A program made the translations under genes and the position numbers. This document shows positions 1 through 8,512 of a stretch of 14,073 bases of DNA, one piece after another; positions within the stretch are counted from its first letter, which is position 1, and each line of letters starts with the position of its first letter. The stretch is taken from NCBI GenBank assembly GCA_016840065.1, contig JAEOTB010000108.1:1-14073 (forward strand), written 5' to 3'. This DNA comes from Candidatus Hermodarchaeota archaeon (GTDB lineage Archaea; Asgardarchaeota; Hermodarchaeia; Hermodarchaeales; Hermodarchaeaceae). Under the pieces are notes generated by a model. The model saw only the letters and a program-made list of their open reading frames with translations. It ran no database searches and was not told where the DNA came from.

Positions 1-239
1 GAGACCTGCACTAGGGCAGGGAGGTCTCGGGGGAGCATCTGGAAGGGCAGGGGGAATCCCTGGCTGAGCATGTGGTCCAGCATCTTATGCCCATAGACGC
101 GGGCGCCCAGGGAGTAGTCGATGCCCAACTCGTTGAGGGCTTTCACGAAGGAGCCAATCACGATGCTGAGCCGGTTAGCGTCGAAGTCGTTGGCGAACTG
201 TCGCATTTTCGCCATCGCATCAGGGTCAATCACGGTCAT
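1..239 (-). CDS. Hypothetical protein, runs off the left edge (MTVIDPDAMAKMRQFANDFDANRLSIVIGSFVKALNELGIDYSLGARVYGHKMLDHMLSQGFPLPFQMLPRDLPALVQV...)
   Basis: Manual translation; absent from the ORF track because it has no stop inside the window. The frame is open from ATG 440. ATG 239 is preceded by an SD-like GGTGG and the downstream sequence is more GC-rich and protein-like, so 239 is the preferred start. No recognisable motif. Confidence 0.65.
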   Translation of the reverse strand, partial: MTVIDPDAMAKMRQFANDFDANRLSIVIGSFVKALNELGIDYSLGARVYGHKMLDHMLSQGFPLPFQMLPRDLPALVQV

Positions 240-421
240 TTCCACCAATGGTTCTATTCCATTTATTCGTTCGGCGAAGAAAAAACCTTCCTGTATCCCA
301 TGCAGCTCGCAAAGGTGAATCCAGCTTTGCAGTAGCGAGTTGTAGGCTGTTGTCGGCTGACAGAGGTTTGCGAGCTTTTTGTAATGCTTTGAGAATTCTA
401 TCTTCTTTTGCTTGCTGACAT
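226..421 (-). pseudogene. Possible frameshifted relic of a small wHTH protein (MSASK / EDRILKALQKARKPLSAD...)
   Basis: ATG at 421 gives MSASK, then needs a 1-nt shift in AGCAAAAGAAG to reach EDRILKALQKARKPLSAD, which resembles EERIIKVVQAAGTPLSAE of the wHTH at 8195-8428. That frame stops at 226, overlapping the next start at 239. Confidence 0.25.
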
Positions 422-515
422 TGCTAGAACACACAGACATAATGGCATTGAGAAATTACTATTGGGGGCTCACGGATTGATGTTGGTGGAATAATAACTG
501 CCGGTTTAGTGAGGC

Positions 516-559
516 TTTTATTAACAGATTTCTTCTTCACCTTCAATAGCTGAAAGGAG
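516..559 (+). promoter_or_regulatory. Archaeal TATA-like box (TTTTATTAA, 516-524) and SD motif (AGGAG, 555-559) for the gene at 565
   Basis: Motifs read directly at plausible spacing upstream of the TTG start. Confidence 0.5.
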
Positions 560-564
560 TTGGG

Positions 565-1803
565 TTGTTGTCTCGTCTTCTTGATGTTCGGGTGACTTCG
601 GTTTTCACCTTTCTGTTTTTGGCGGTAAGTGTTTGGTGTGTTTCGGCTCCGGTCCCCAGGGTTGTTGATGGGCTTCCACCGTACTGGCCCACTGAGGACT
701 GGTTGTACTCGACGCCGGAGATGCAGGGCGTGAATCCGAGCCGGTTGTCGGAAATGATGGCAGATATCGAGGCGAACGATTTTGCTATCGACTCGGTTGT
801 GATTGTGCGGAATGGCTACATCATTTTGGAGGAGTACCCGAATCCTGCCTATTTGGCTGACTCACTTCACATCATCTATTCTGCGACTAAGAGTGTGACC
901 TCCCTACTCTTCGGTATTGCTATGCAGCAGGGATACATAACCGACACGTCTCTAAGTGTGGTCGACTTCTTCCCTGACTTTACGATTGCGAATATGGACA
1001 CACGGAAGGAGAGTATGACCCTATGGCATTTGCTGACCATGAGCACCGGCTTCGACTGGGATGAATGGGGTGCTCCCTATGATGATCCGATAAACAATGA
1101 TATGGCTGCCATGGTTGGGAGTCCGGATCCGGTACAGTATGTCTTGGACCGCCCCATGGCCTATGATCCAGGTGAGGTCTGGGCGTATTGTGGTGGGGCA
1201 ACAACACTCCTAGGGGAGATAATTGAACGTGCTACAGGTACCCCCTTTGATACATATGCCAGAGAGCAGCTCTTTGAGCCCCTCGGTATTGATTTGTTCG
1301 TCTGGGGTAATTTTCCGGGCGGCTACGCCAACACCGCTGGGGGACTCTTTTTGCGCCCTGTGGATATGGCTCGCCTTGGACTCCTGATGCTCTGCGAGGG
1401 AATCTGGGACTCAGAGGCGTTGTTAACAGCGGGTTATTTTGCCGAAGCCATTGACGCCTACTATCACGTCAACAACTATGATGGCATCTTCGAAGGCATC
1501 ACCTACCGGTATGGTTACCAGTTCTGGAGTAACCCCGAGCAAGGTGTACACTACTGCTGGGGTATGAACGATCAAAAGATCATATTCGTTCCAGAATATG
1601 ATTTGGTCATCGCCTTTACGGCTGACCCTACCGCAGGTGCCTTTGTGACAGATTATCTCTTATGGCAATACATTCTTCCCGCAATGGATGAACCCTTCTT
1701 CAACCTGGGTGCTCTGCTTCTTCCTAGCCTTGTCGTCTTTGCAGTAGCGGTGCCTGTTGGCATCCTTGGAGTTTATTGGTTCAGAAAACGGAGACACGAA
1801 TAA
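565..1803 (+). CDS. Membrane-anchored serine hydrolase, beta-lactamase class C / 6-aminohexanoate-dimer hydrolase-like family
   Basis: SxxK catalytic motif (YSATKS), HLLTMSTG, PG-x2-W-x-Y, LFEPLGI and GGL-x-LRPVDMARLG family motifs; hydrophobic N-terminal signal; C-terminal TM helix with basic tail (WFRKRRHE). Confidence 0.92.
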   Translation: MLSRLLDVRVTSVFTFLFLAVSVWCVSAPVPRVVDGLPPYWPTEDWLYSTPEMQGVNPSRLSEMMADIEANDFAIDSVVIVRNGYIILEEYPNPAYLADSLHIIYSATKSVTSLLFGIAMQQGYITDTSLSVVDFFPDFTIANMDTRKESMTLWHLLTMSTGFDWDEWGAPYDDPINNDMAAMVGSPDPVQYVLDRPMAYDPGEVWAYCGGATTLLGEIIERATGTPFDTYAREQLFEPLGIDLFVWGNFPGGYANTAGGLFLRPVDMARLGLLMLCEGIWDSEALLTAGYFAEAIDAYYHVNNYDGIFEGITYRYGYQFWSNPEQGVHYCWGMNDQKIIFVPEYDLVIAFTADPTAGAFVTDYLLWQYILPAMDEPFFNLGALLLPSLVVFAVAVPVGILGVYWFRKRRHE

Positions 1804-1860
1804 GACAGTTAGGTTCCTAAAGTTTATTAGCGGATTTTTAGCAGGTTTACTGGGATTCAG

Positions 1861-2253
1861 TTGGCTGGTTCATCTGTTCTTGTAAGAATGGGGGCTATCG
1901 CAGCAGTTGCTATTGTCGTGGTAGCTACCATTAGTTTGTTCACGCCATTACCCCTGCAGACCATATCCGTAGGATTCTTGGTTGTGGGGTTTCTCTTCCT
2001 CGTCCTTTGTGCCGCGGCCTCCTTTGAAGCATACGCTCATCGCAGCACAAGAAGGAAGGTGCAATACGTCCAAGATCGAGCTGGGCGGTTTCATTATCTT
2101 CCAGGTGCTTCGCGGCAAGCAGCTGAGCACAAAACTGAAAATCCCTACAGGGAACACGCCAAAGGGGATTTCCAGGTCATGGTCATCACCTTCACGTTTG
2201 CCATCTGCTTCATGATTGCCAGCCTCATCATCGGACTTATGCCTATATTCTAG
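1861..2253 (+). CDS. Small membrane protein (about 3 TM helices), function unknown
   Basis: 130-aa ORF with two N-terminal and one C-terminal hydrophobic segment; TTTATTA box near 1823-1829. Confidence 0.75.
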   Translation: MAGSSVLVRMGAIAAVAIVVVATISLFTPLPLQTISVGFLVVGFLFLVLCAAASFEAYAHRSTRRKVQYVQDRAGRFHYLPGASRQAAEHKTENPYREHAKGDFQVMVITFTFAICFMIASLIIGLMPIF

Positions 2254-2373
2254 ATTCGCTGCTTATCCCTGCTCAATCTATGGTCTTTAACGCAATGTTC
2301 TTTTCTCGTTGTAGCACTTCCTTTCGTCAAGAGGAAAAAGCTGTTACTTCTGTTCCAAAGTTTGGTTGACGAC

Positions 2374-2619
2374 TTAGTCTATTACTTTGGATTTTGGTAG
2401 TGAGCGAGGTGTGACCACTAGATAGATGCCGATTATGATTGCAGGGAAAACGAACAGGATTGGAAGAAAATATGCTGATTGTCGCTCTGCGTACCAAAAG
2501 GCTCTCCAAGCTTCTATGTCTGGATCTAAGGAGAGGGGGGGTTGCCAACTGGACATATACATTGCATCTGCGAACATGGAATAAAAGACTGAAAGAATGA
2601 GACCAATAACGAGTAACAT
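2374..2619 (-). CDS. Small 2-TM membrane protein; true start may be ATT at 2643
   Basis: Two hydrophobic segments and a basic C-tail. The frame stays open upstream as I-R-K-I-T-I-L-F-M, with AGGAG 9 nt before the ATT. Confidence 0.7.
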   Translation of the reverse strand: MLLVIGLILSVFYSMFADAMYMSSWQPPLSLDPDIEAWRAFWYAERQSAYFLPILFVFPAIIIGIYLVVTPRSLPKSKVID

Positions 2620-2704
2620 GAACAGGATTGTGATTTTCCTAATTGATATCCGCTCCTAACCTGCTTCAAAGAGCTCTATTAAGATAAAGTTTCGTTATTC
2701 TTGT

Positions 2705-3562
2705 TTAACGCTCTCGGATGTAGTAGTTGTAGAAGCTGGTCTTGAGGTGCTTTAGGTAGTTTTCCAAGAACCGAAGGTTCATGGCTCGCTTGGACCGGCT
2801 TTCAGCTGTTTTGTAGGCTTGCTCGATGGGTCCTAGTCTTGGTAGCTCGATTTCTTCTAGGCTTCTCCCCTCTTCGATGGCTGTGATGATGAAGGCTTTC
2901 AAGTCCTCGAGGAAGGTGATTTGTTCTTTCAGGTATGGTTGTGGGTCGTGGACGATGTCTCCGTGACCAGGGACGATGACCTCAAGGTCCATGGTGAGGA
3001 ACTTCCTGTAGGCAGCAAGGTAGGCTTCAGGGTCCCCAGTTCGTTTAGGCTTGTTCTGATAGAAGCCCATGAAAGGGAGTCCGAAGTTGACGCTGCCGAC
3101 GATGAAAAGGTCACAGCCGAACAGGATTTTCTCGGTCGGGGAGTAGGCGATGCTGTGGCCGACGCTGTGACCTCCTGTGTGGTGGAATTCTACTGTCCCT
3201 TCATCGGTTGTGAGTGTGAAGGTTTCGTCAAAGGCTTCCTTTGACCATTTGGTCAGTCGGATGCGTTGTGGCATGTTATCGAGGCATCGCTGGCTGGCGA
3301 TTAGGGTTGCATCCTTGAAGGCGTCTCTTCCATCTCGGTGGTCATTGTGTGTATGTGAAAGAAACAGGTATTTCGTAGGCGCCTTGGATATTGCCTCCAA
3401 TTCCTTACGCAGCGCGGCACCGACATCTAGGGCATGACCGCTTTCGATGGCTATCGAGTAGTCTCCGAGTGTGATGCCGCCTAACACACAGGAGCGGGTT
3501 GTTCGCTGAGTAGTGGTATCCACGACCACATTATCGGATATTGGTTCTAATACGACCATCAC
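2705..3562 (-). CDS. MBL-fold metallo-hydrolase (glyoxalase II / cyclase-like)
   Basis: HxHxDH (SHTHNDHRDG), GGHSVG, GCDLF and VIVPGHG motifs. Confidence 0.92.
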   Translation of the reverse strand: MMVVLEPISDNVVVDTTTQRTTRSCVLGGITLGDYSIAIESGHALDVGAALRKELEAISKAPTKYLFLSHTHNDHRDGRDAFKDATLIASQRCLDNMPQRIRLTKWSKEAFDETFTLTTDEGTVEFHHTGGHSVGHSIAYSPTEKILFGCDLFIVGSVNFGLPFMGFYQNKPKRTGDPEAYLAAYRKFLTMDLEVIVPGHGDIVHDPQPYLKEQITFLEDLKAFIITAIEEGRSLEEIELPRLGPIEQAYKTAESRSKRAMNLRFLENYLKHLKTSFYNYYIRER

Positions 3563-3582
3563 AGATGCCAGAGCGGCTGAGG

Positions 3583-3590
3583 TTATATAT
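3583..3590 (-). promoter_or_regulatory. TATA box (ATATATAA on the minus strand) for the MBL gene; transcript probably leaderless
   Basis: The box lies about 20-23 nt upstream of the GTG/ATG start, typical archaeal spacing for a leaderless mRNA. Confidence 0.55.
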
Positions 3591-3668
3591 CCATTGTGAA
3601 TCCAGAAGTGGTGTGTATGCCGCTATGGTGAGGCTTATAGCAGTGGTTCAGCTGCTATCCTTCATCCC

Positions 3669-4931
3669 TTGAGTGGAGATGCTACTTTGTCAGTACCTGG
3701 TAGTATTCGAGAAACTGCCGCATTCACTCTTCTCTTATTGGCGTTGTGTTCATGGTGGGCTTCGCCTCCGGCAGTTGTTCATTGTATCCCTTCTTATTGG
3801 CCAACCGTGGAATGGCAATATACGACACCAGAGTTACAGGGAGTTGACTCCAATCATCTTCAGGAGATGCTGGATTTGGTTGAGGTCATGGAGTGGGCTG
3901 TTGATTCGGTGATGGTGATTCGGCATGGCTATGTTGTGCTTGAGGAGTATCTGTCCACCTACACTGAGAACTCGTTGCATACTCTTCAGTCGGTGACCAA
4001 GAGCATCGCCTCAATCCTGGTGGGCATGGCCATTAATCAGGGCTACATTACTGATGTGTCTGAGCGGGTCGTGGACTTCTTCCCGGACCTGACTATCGCG
4101 AACATGGATGAACGAAAAGAGCAGCTTACGCTTGAGCATTTACTCACCATGACCACGGGCTTTGAGTGGGATGAGTGGACCTACGGTTACGATGACCCCG
4201 CGAATAATAACTTGGCAGCGATGCATGCCAGCCCAGATGCGGTTCAGTATGTTCTTGACCGCCCGATGGCGTTTGAGCCTGGGCGTGTGTGGGTTTATTG
4301 TTCAGGGGCGTCCGTTCTTCTAGGAGAGATTGTTGAACGAGCCACGGGCCAAGACCTGAACGCCTTTGCGCGTGCGAACTTGTTTGATCCTCTCGGTATC
4401 GGTATGGTGATGTGGTACCGGGCGCCGGGGGGCTACTACCATACGGGCGGCGGGTTGTACATGCGATCCCGTGACATGGCCCGCATCGGCTACCTGATGC
4501 TCAATAATGGCACATGGGAGGATTCTCAGACTGTTCTTTCATCTGAGTACGCGGCTACCTCCACCGCCAACCTCGTCCGACTCCCTAACACTTTTGATTA
4601 CGGTTACGGGTTTCAATGGTGGTACCTGATAGATTATGACATCTACTATGCGAATGGTCATTATGACCAGAAGATATTCGTAGACCCTAGCCGGGACCTC
4701 GTTGCGGTCTTTACCTGTTCTATCGCTGATGGTGACTACTACCCCGCGAACTACCTATTCCTAAACTATATTCTTCCCGCAATTGATGAATACACACCAA
4801 CCTCCAATCCCCCCACCTCACCCCTTCCACTCGTTTTCGCCGTAGCCGCTGTCGTCACAGTTATAGCCGTAACCGGATTCTTCTGGCTCAGAAGAAGAGG
4901 AGCACCCACCTCAAATGGAAGCTCGAAATAA
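3669..4931 (+). CDS. Membrane-anchored serine hydrolase, beta-lactamase class C-like family; paralog of 565-1803
   Basis: SxxK (QSVTKS), HLLTMTTGFEWDEW, VQYVLDRPMA, LFDPLGI, GGGL-x-MRSRDMARIG; signal peptide; Pro/Thr linker, C-terminal TM and RRR. Confidence 0.92.
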   Translation: MSGDATLSVPGSIRETAAFTLLLLALCSWWASPPAVVHCIPSYWPTVEWQYTTPELQGVDSNHLQEMLDLVEVMEWAVDSVMVIRHGYVVLEEYLSTYTENSLHTLQSVTKSIASILVGMAINQGYITDVSERVVDFFPDLTIANMDERKEQLTLEHLLTMTTGFEWDEWTYGYDDPANNNLAAMHASPDAVQYVLDRPMAFEPGRVWVYCSGASVLLGEIVERATGQDLNAFARANLFDPLGIGMVMWYRAPGGYYHTGGGLYMRSRDMARIGYLMLNNGTWEDSQTVLSSEYAATSTANLVRLPNTFDYGYGFQWWYLIDYDIYYANGHYDQKIFVDPSRDLVAVFTCSIADGDYYPANYLFLNYILPAIDEYTPTSNPPTSPLPLVFAVAAVVTVIAVTGFFWLRRRGAPTSNGSSK

Positions 4932-4940
4932 CCTTGGTGA

Positions 4941-5390
4941 TTGAGTATGAAGATTGAAGTAGCTACAAAGCAGGATATTCCATCGATTGCTGAATGCTGG
5001 GTTGGTCTCCGGCTGCATCAGCGTGAACGTCAGGGCGGTCAAAGGCCCTCGCTTCGTGGAATGATGCGGCAAGTCGAACGGAATATGGAGAAGCCCCATT
5101 GCTTCTATTTCGTCGCCAAGGAGTTGGACCAGATGGTCGCTGCTGCCTTTGTGCGGCTGCGGAGTGGTGGGCGTAGTGCCCATCTTGCTCGTGCTTATAC
5201 GGTACCCTCTCATCGCCGCAAAGGGGTCATGCGTATGCTAGAACAGGCTATCATCGAGTTTCTTCGTCAACGAAGGATTACCACCCTTGACCTTACCGTA
5301 GTCCCTTACAATAGGGAGGGCATGGCCACCTGGCCTACATTGGGGTATAAGCCCACTAAAATCGTGATGACCAAAGAGCTCGTCTACTAG
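4941..5390 (+). CDS. GNAT family N-acetyltransferase
   Basis: Acetyl-CoA-binding motif A (YTVPSHRRKGV) and C-terminal L-x-V-x3-N-x2-G-x3-W-x2-LGY; 9 nt after the hydrolase stop, likely co-transcribed. Confidence 0.88.
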   Translation: MSMKIEVATKQDIPSIAECWVGLRLHQRERQGGQRPSLRGMMRQVERNMEKPHCFYFVAKELDQMVAAAFVRLRSGGRSAHLARAYTVPSHRRKGVMRMLEQAIIEFLRQRRITTLDLTVVPYNREGMATWPTLGYKPTKIVMTKELVY

Positions 5391-5423
5391 AGATTGTATG
5401 GCGCTAGATAGACTGCGGTGCTT

Positions 5424-6524
5424 TCAGTCCCGTTTTAGGGATTTCCGATGCTGCTCCTCTTGTCGCTTCGCGAAGTCCTCCCAGCTTTCGCCTGGACGCC
5501 GTTTGTACATAAAATCATCATCTTCCGACACGGGTTCAGCAGCTTCTTTGGGCTCTTCTTTGGGTTTTCCTTCAAGGGTGTTCAGTGCATCTCGAATCAG
5601 TTTTTGAATGCGTTTATCTTTTTCCCGTTCTAGGGCTTCTCTGAGTGGCTCGACGGCCTGTTTATCTCCGATTTCTTCTAGGGCAACGACCGCGCAAAAC
5701 CGCGCCTTCGCTGAGTCGTCCTTAAGGACTTCGATTAGAGGTTCGATAGCTTCGGATCCTATCACTGTTAGAGTGAAAGCGGACGCCATTCTGACAGTTT
5801 CAGTTTTATGTTTCAAGGCTGGGATGAGGGGTTCAATGGCGGCTGGTCCCACCTTAGCCAGTGCTGAGGAGAGCCGCTCCAGTATTTCCTCATCCTTTTC
5901 CTTTGCAAAAGTCTGGAGGAAAGGCTCAATTAGTACTATCCCGAACTTGGCGAGTAGTGTCGCGGCACCTTCCCACTCCTGAGTGTGAGATGATGTCCGG
6001 ATGACCTGGATCAGGGGGTCGATGGCGGCTTCGTCCATCTTGGTCAAGCCTTTCAGGGCAGCTTGCCGGAGGGCTTCTTCGGGGTCCCGATAGGCGACGC
6101 TGATGAGCGGTCCTACGGCTCGTGGATCCTGCATTCGTGACAGGTTTGTGATAGCCCATGCCCGAATAGCGGGGTGATTGTGGCGGAGAGACCGGATTAG
6201 GGGCTCTACACCGTCTTTCCCAATCATCACCAAAGCCTGGATCGCTGCTGCGCCCACACTTTCGTCATTGAGGGTCAAGAGTTCGAGGAGGGGTTCAACT
6301 GCGACGGCGCCCATCTGCCCCAGGGCGTTGATGATGATATCCTCATCTGTGCTGTTCTGGCTATTGAACAGGGCGTGGATGAGATGAGGGACGGACTCGG
6401 CTCCGTATTTCTGGAGGACCTGTATCGCCTTCTTCCGCTTATCTTCCCGCTCATGTTTCAGGAGTTGTATGTATTTGGCAATCTTTCGGGCGTGTTTTGA
6501 TTCAGGAGGCATTGACAACGGCAA
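5424..6524 (-). CDS. HEAT-repeat (PBS-lyase HEAT-like) alpha-solenoid protein
   Basis: Many repeats of ALxxIG-x2-A(V/I)EPLIxxL (ALGQMGAVAVEPLLELL, ALAKVGPAAIEPLIPAL, ALEEIGDKQAVEPLREAL); charged C-terminal tail. Confidence 0.92.
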   Translation of the reverse strand: MPLSMPPESKHARKIAKYIQLLKHEREDKRKKAIQVLQKYGAESVPHLIHALFNSQNSTDEDIIINALGQMGAVAVEPLLELLTLNDESVGAAAIQALVMIGKDGVEPLIRSLRHNHPAIRAWAITNLSRMQDPRAVGPLISVAYRDPEEALRQAALKGLTKMDEAAIDPLIQVIRTSSHTQEWEGAATLLAKFGIVLIEPFLQTFAKEKDEEILERLSSALAKVGPAAIEPLIPALKHKTETVRMASAFTLTVIGSEAIEPLIEVLKDDSAKARFCAVVALEEIGDKQAVEPLREALEREKDKRIQKLIRDALNTLEGKPKEEPKEAAEPVSEDDDFMYKRRPGESWEDFAKRQEEQHRKSLKRD

Positions 6525-6581
6525 ACACCAATCCTATCCCTAATTCTTCACCTCAATAAATTTTCTCTGTTGGTGAAAACC

Positions 6582-6629
6582 AAAGAAAATCTTTTATATT
6601 CTGCCTTGTCCATCTCGCTGGAATGAGGT
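6582..6629 (+). promoter_or_regulatory. BRE/TATA (AAAGAAAAT-CTTTTATATT) and SD-like GAGGT upstream of the beta-propeller gene
   Basis: A purine-rich tract directly precedes TTTTATA (6592-6598); GAGGT at 6625-6629 precedes the TTG at 6638. Confidence 0.55.
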
Positions 6630-6637
6630 AGGTTTGG

Positions 6638-8062
6638 TTGACAACTCAACAAGGAAATCCATCAGATATTGAAGGTTGGCCGATGCTAAGGCGAGACGCC
6701 GCCGCCTCGGGGACTGATGGGTCCCAGGTGCATCCACCGCTGGAAAAGGTGTGGGAATTCCGGGCTCGTGGGGACATTGAATCCTCTCCAGCCCTAGCGT
6801 ATGGTCTGGTCTTCTTCGGCAGCAAGGACAAACACGTTTATGCCGTCGATGGCAGTACTGGAGAGAGCCGGTGGACCTTCAAAACCGGGAAAGCCGTCAT
6901 AACCACTCCCGTGGTCGCTGATGGAGTGGTGTATGCGGCGAGTGAGGATAAACACATCTATGCCCTGGATGCACAAACGGGTGACAAACACTGGCTATTC
7001 TCACCGGGTAAGGAAATCTCCGTGACCCCCGCGGTAGGTGAAGGTTTGGTCTTTTTCGGCTGCAAGGATAAACAGGTCTACGCTCTTGACGTTAAGACCG
7101 GGCAGCCTCGATGGACGTTCACCACTGAATACAAGGATCATTCGCCCCCCGTCATTATTCAAGGTAAAGTATTGATTACTGGTCGGAAAGGCACCAAAGG
7201 CACGCTTTTTGCCATTGATGCGGCAACGGGGGAATTGGTATGGAAAGAGGATGACCGTCTAGGGATTCCCCATCCAGTTGCTGCATCGAACACTGTTTTG
7301 TCCCGTTCCTCGGACCACCAGCTGTATGCCACAGACCTGCAAACTGGGGCTTCGAAAGGTAGGCTTATCCCTGACAGGCTTTACCATGCCATATTCAGTC
7401 ACAACTACCTCTACGTCTCCTTAATGGGACCCTTTGCCTTGAATGGCTTTGACCTCAGCCACCATGTTTCTGACGGCTGGGATTTGGGATTCATGCCATG
7501 GCCAGGGGTACCCAGCGTACCAGCGGTGAGCGGTGATTACGCCTTTGTTACGGGGCAGAACGCAAACACCTTATACGGTTTCCGAATCTCTAAATTCACT
7601 AAGCGCTGGCAGCACCAATTCAAAGAAATTCTGAAAATGCCTACGGGGGCACCTGTGATAGCCGATGGAAGGCTGTTTGTAGTGAGTGAAAAGGGAAAAA
7701 TCCACGCCTTCAAAGGTACAAACGATCCAAAGTTCACACAACGAATGGAACTTATCCTCGGAACCATCAATAAGGAACCCACATTCAAAGCACGCCTTAT
7801 ACAGAGAACTACCAGATGGCCCAACTGCTGTTGCTTGTGCCTGGACCCCGCTGAGACGCATTTCACCCTCTGAAGTGCCGAGGGCCAAGTCACTCTTGAA
7901 ATATCAGGAGTACCCTACTGCAACGCCTGCAAGCAAAAGGTTACTAAGACGTTCGGTGGAGAGAAACCTGGTGTAGTAATCGACCGAGAGTCGGTACGAA
8001 CCCTTGTTTTCAGAAACGAGAAGTATTGGGCCATGTTCATGGAAGCCAATCACTTACGATAG
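6638..8062 (+). CDS. PQQ-like/BamB-type beta-propeller repeat protein with C-terminal Zn-ribbon-like domain; in-frame TGA at 7871-7873
   Basis: Repeats SPAL/TPVV...VYA(V/L)D-x2-TG-x3-W-x-F. After the TGA the frame continues 62 codons (SAEGQVTLEISGVPYCNACKQKV...LVFRNEKYWAMFMEANHLR, TAG at 8060-8062), supplying the second CxxC to pair with CCLC before the TGA. The ORF track ends at 7873. Confidence 0.85.
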
Positions 8063-8194
8063 TAACAACAGCTGAACGTTGGTGAAATGCAGCCAAGTTC
8101 TTATTTATTCCCTACTAACTATTGCTTTCTCCCACTTGCGTCCGAGGAATTGTCAACTAGAGATTATTTCAATCTGCTAGTCTACGTGGAGAGG

Positions 8195-8428
8195 TCATCG
8201 CGTGTTGTCGATTATGCTTCTTTCTTGATCCTGTTTAGATTTGAGAATATGTGAAAGCATCACATATTGGTGATTATCACGTGTCATCTTTCGGCGTCTA
8301 ACAAGGACCTCAAGTGTCGACGAGATCTCGGCCAAACTGATGCCTGTGCGACGGGAAATCTCTTCAGCCGATAGAGGTGTGCCAGCGGCCTGTACTACTT
8401 TGATTATCCTTTCTTCAATGTCAGCCAT
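8195..8428 (-). CDS. Small winged helix-turn-helix DNA-binding protein
   Basis: IIKVV-x4-PLSAEEISRRTGISLAEISSTLEVLVRRRKM is a typical wHTH pattern. Confidence 0.8.
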   Translation of the reverse strand: MADIEERIIKVVQAAGTPLSAEEISRRTGISLAEISSTLEVLVRRRKMTRDNHQYVMLSHILKSKQDQERSIIDNTR

Positions 8429-8512
8429 TTCAAGACCCAGTGTTTTCGTGTTCCCTTATAATTCAGGTGAGTAACTATTTCAAGTATTGGATTCCGTGAA
8501 CCAGTGAAGCAT

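Noticed and set aside
72-335. Plus-strand ORFs 72-335 and 121-318
   Set aside because: These are antisense shadows of the minus-strand gene at the left edge and have no motifs.
565-4931. Antibiotic-resistance island (serine and metallo beta-lactamases)
   Set aside because: Only fold-level family motifs are present, the class-specific lactamase motifs are altered, and no mobile-element genes are seen.
4941-5390. GNAT as the Acs lysine acetylase (Pat-like regulator)
   Set aside because: It is a small stand-alone GNAT over 7 kb from acs, apparently co-transcribed with the hydrolase; nothing in the sequence links it to acs.
7850-7890. A second BHB intron removing the TGA in the beta-propeller gene
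   Set aside because: Neither local hairpin (CCCTC/GAGGG or GCATTTCA/TGAAGTGC) is flanked by a 4-bp helix with 3-nt bulges in the required geometry.
8063-8190. Canonical SECIS element supporting selenocysteine at the internal TGA
   Set aside because: No RUGA...GA quartet closes the hairpin, and the TGA does not occupy a Cys-motif position; kept only as a weak structural note.
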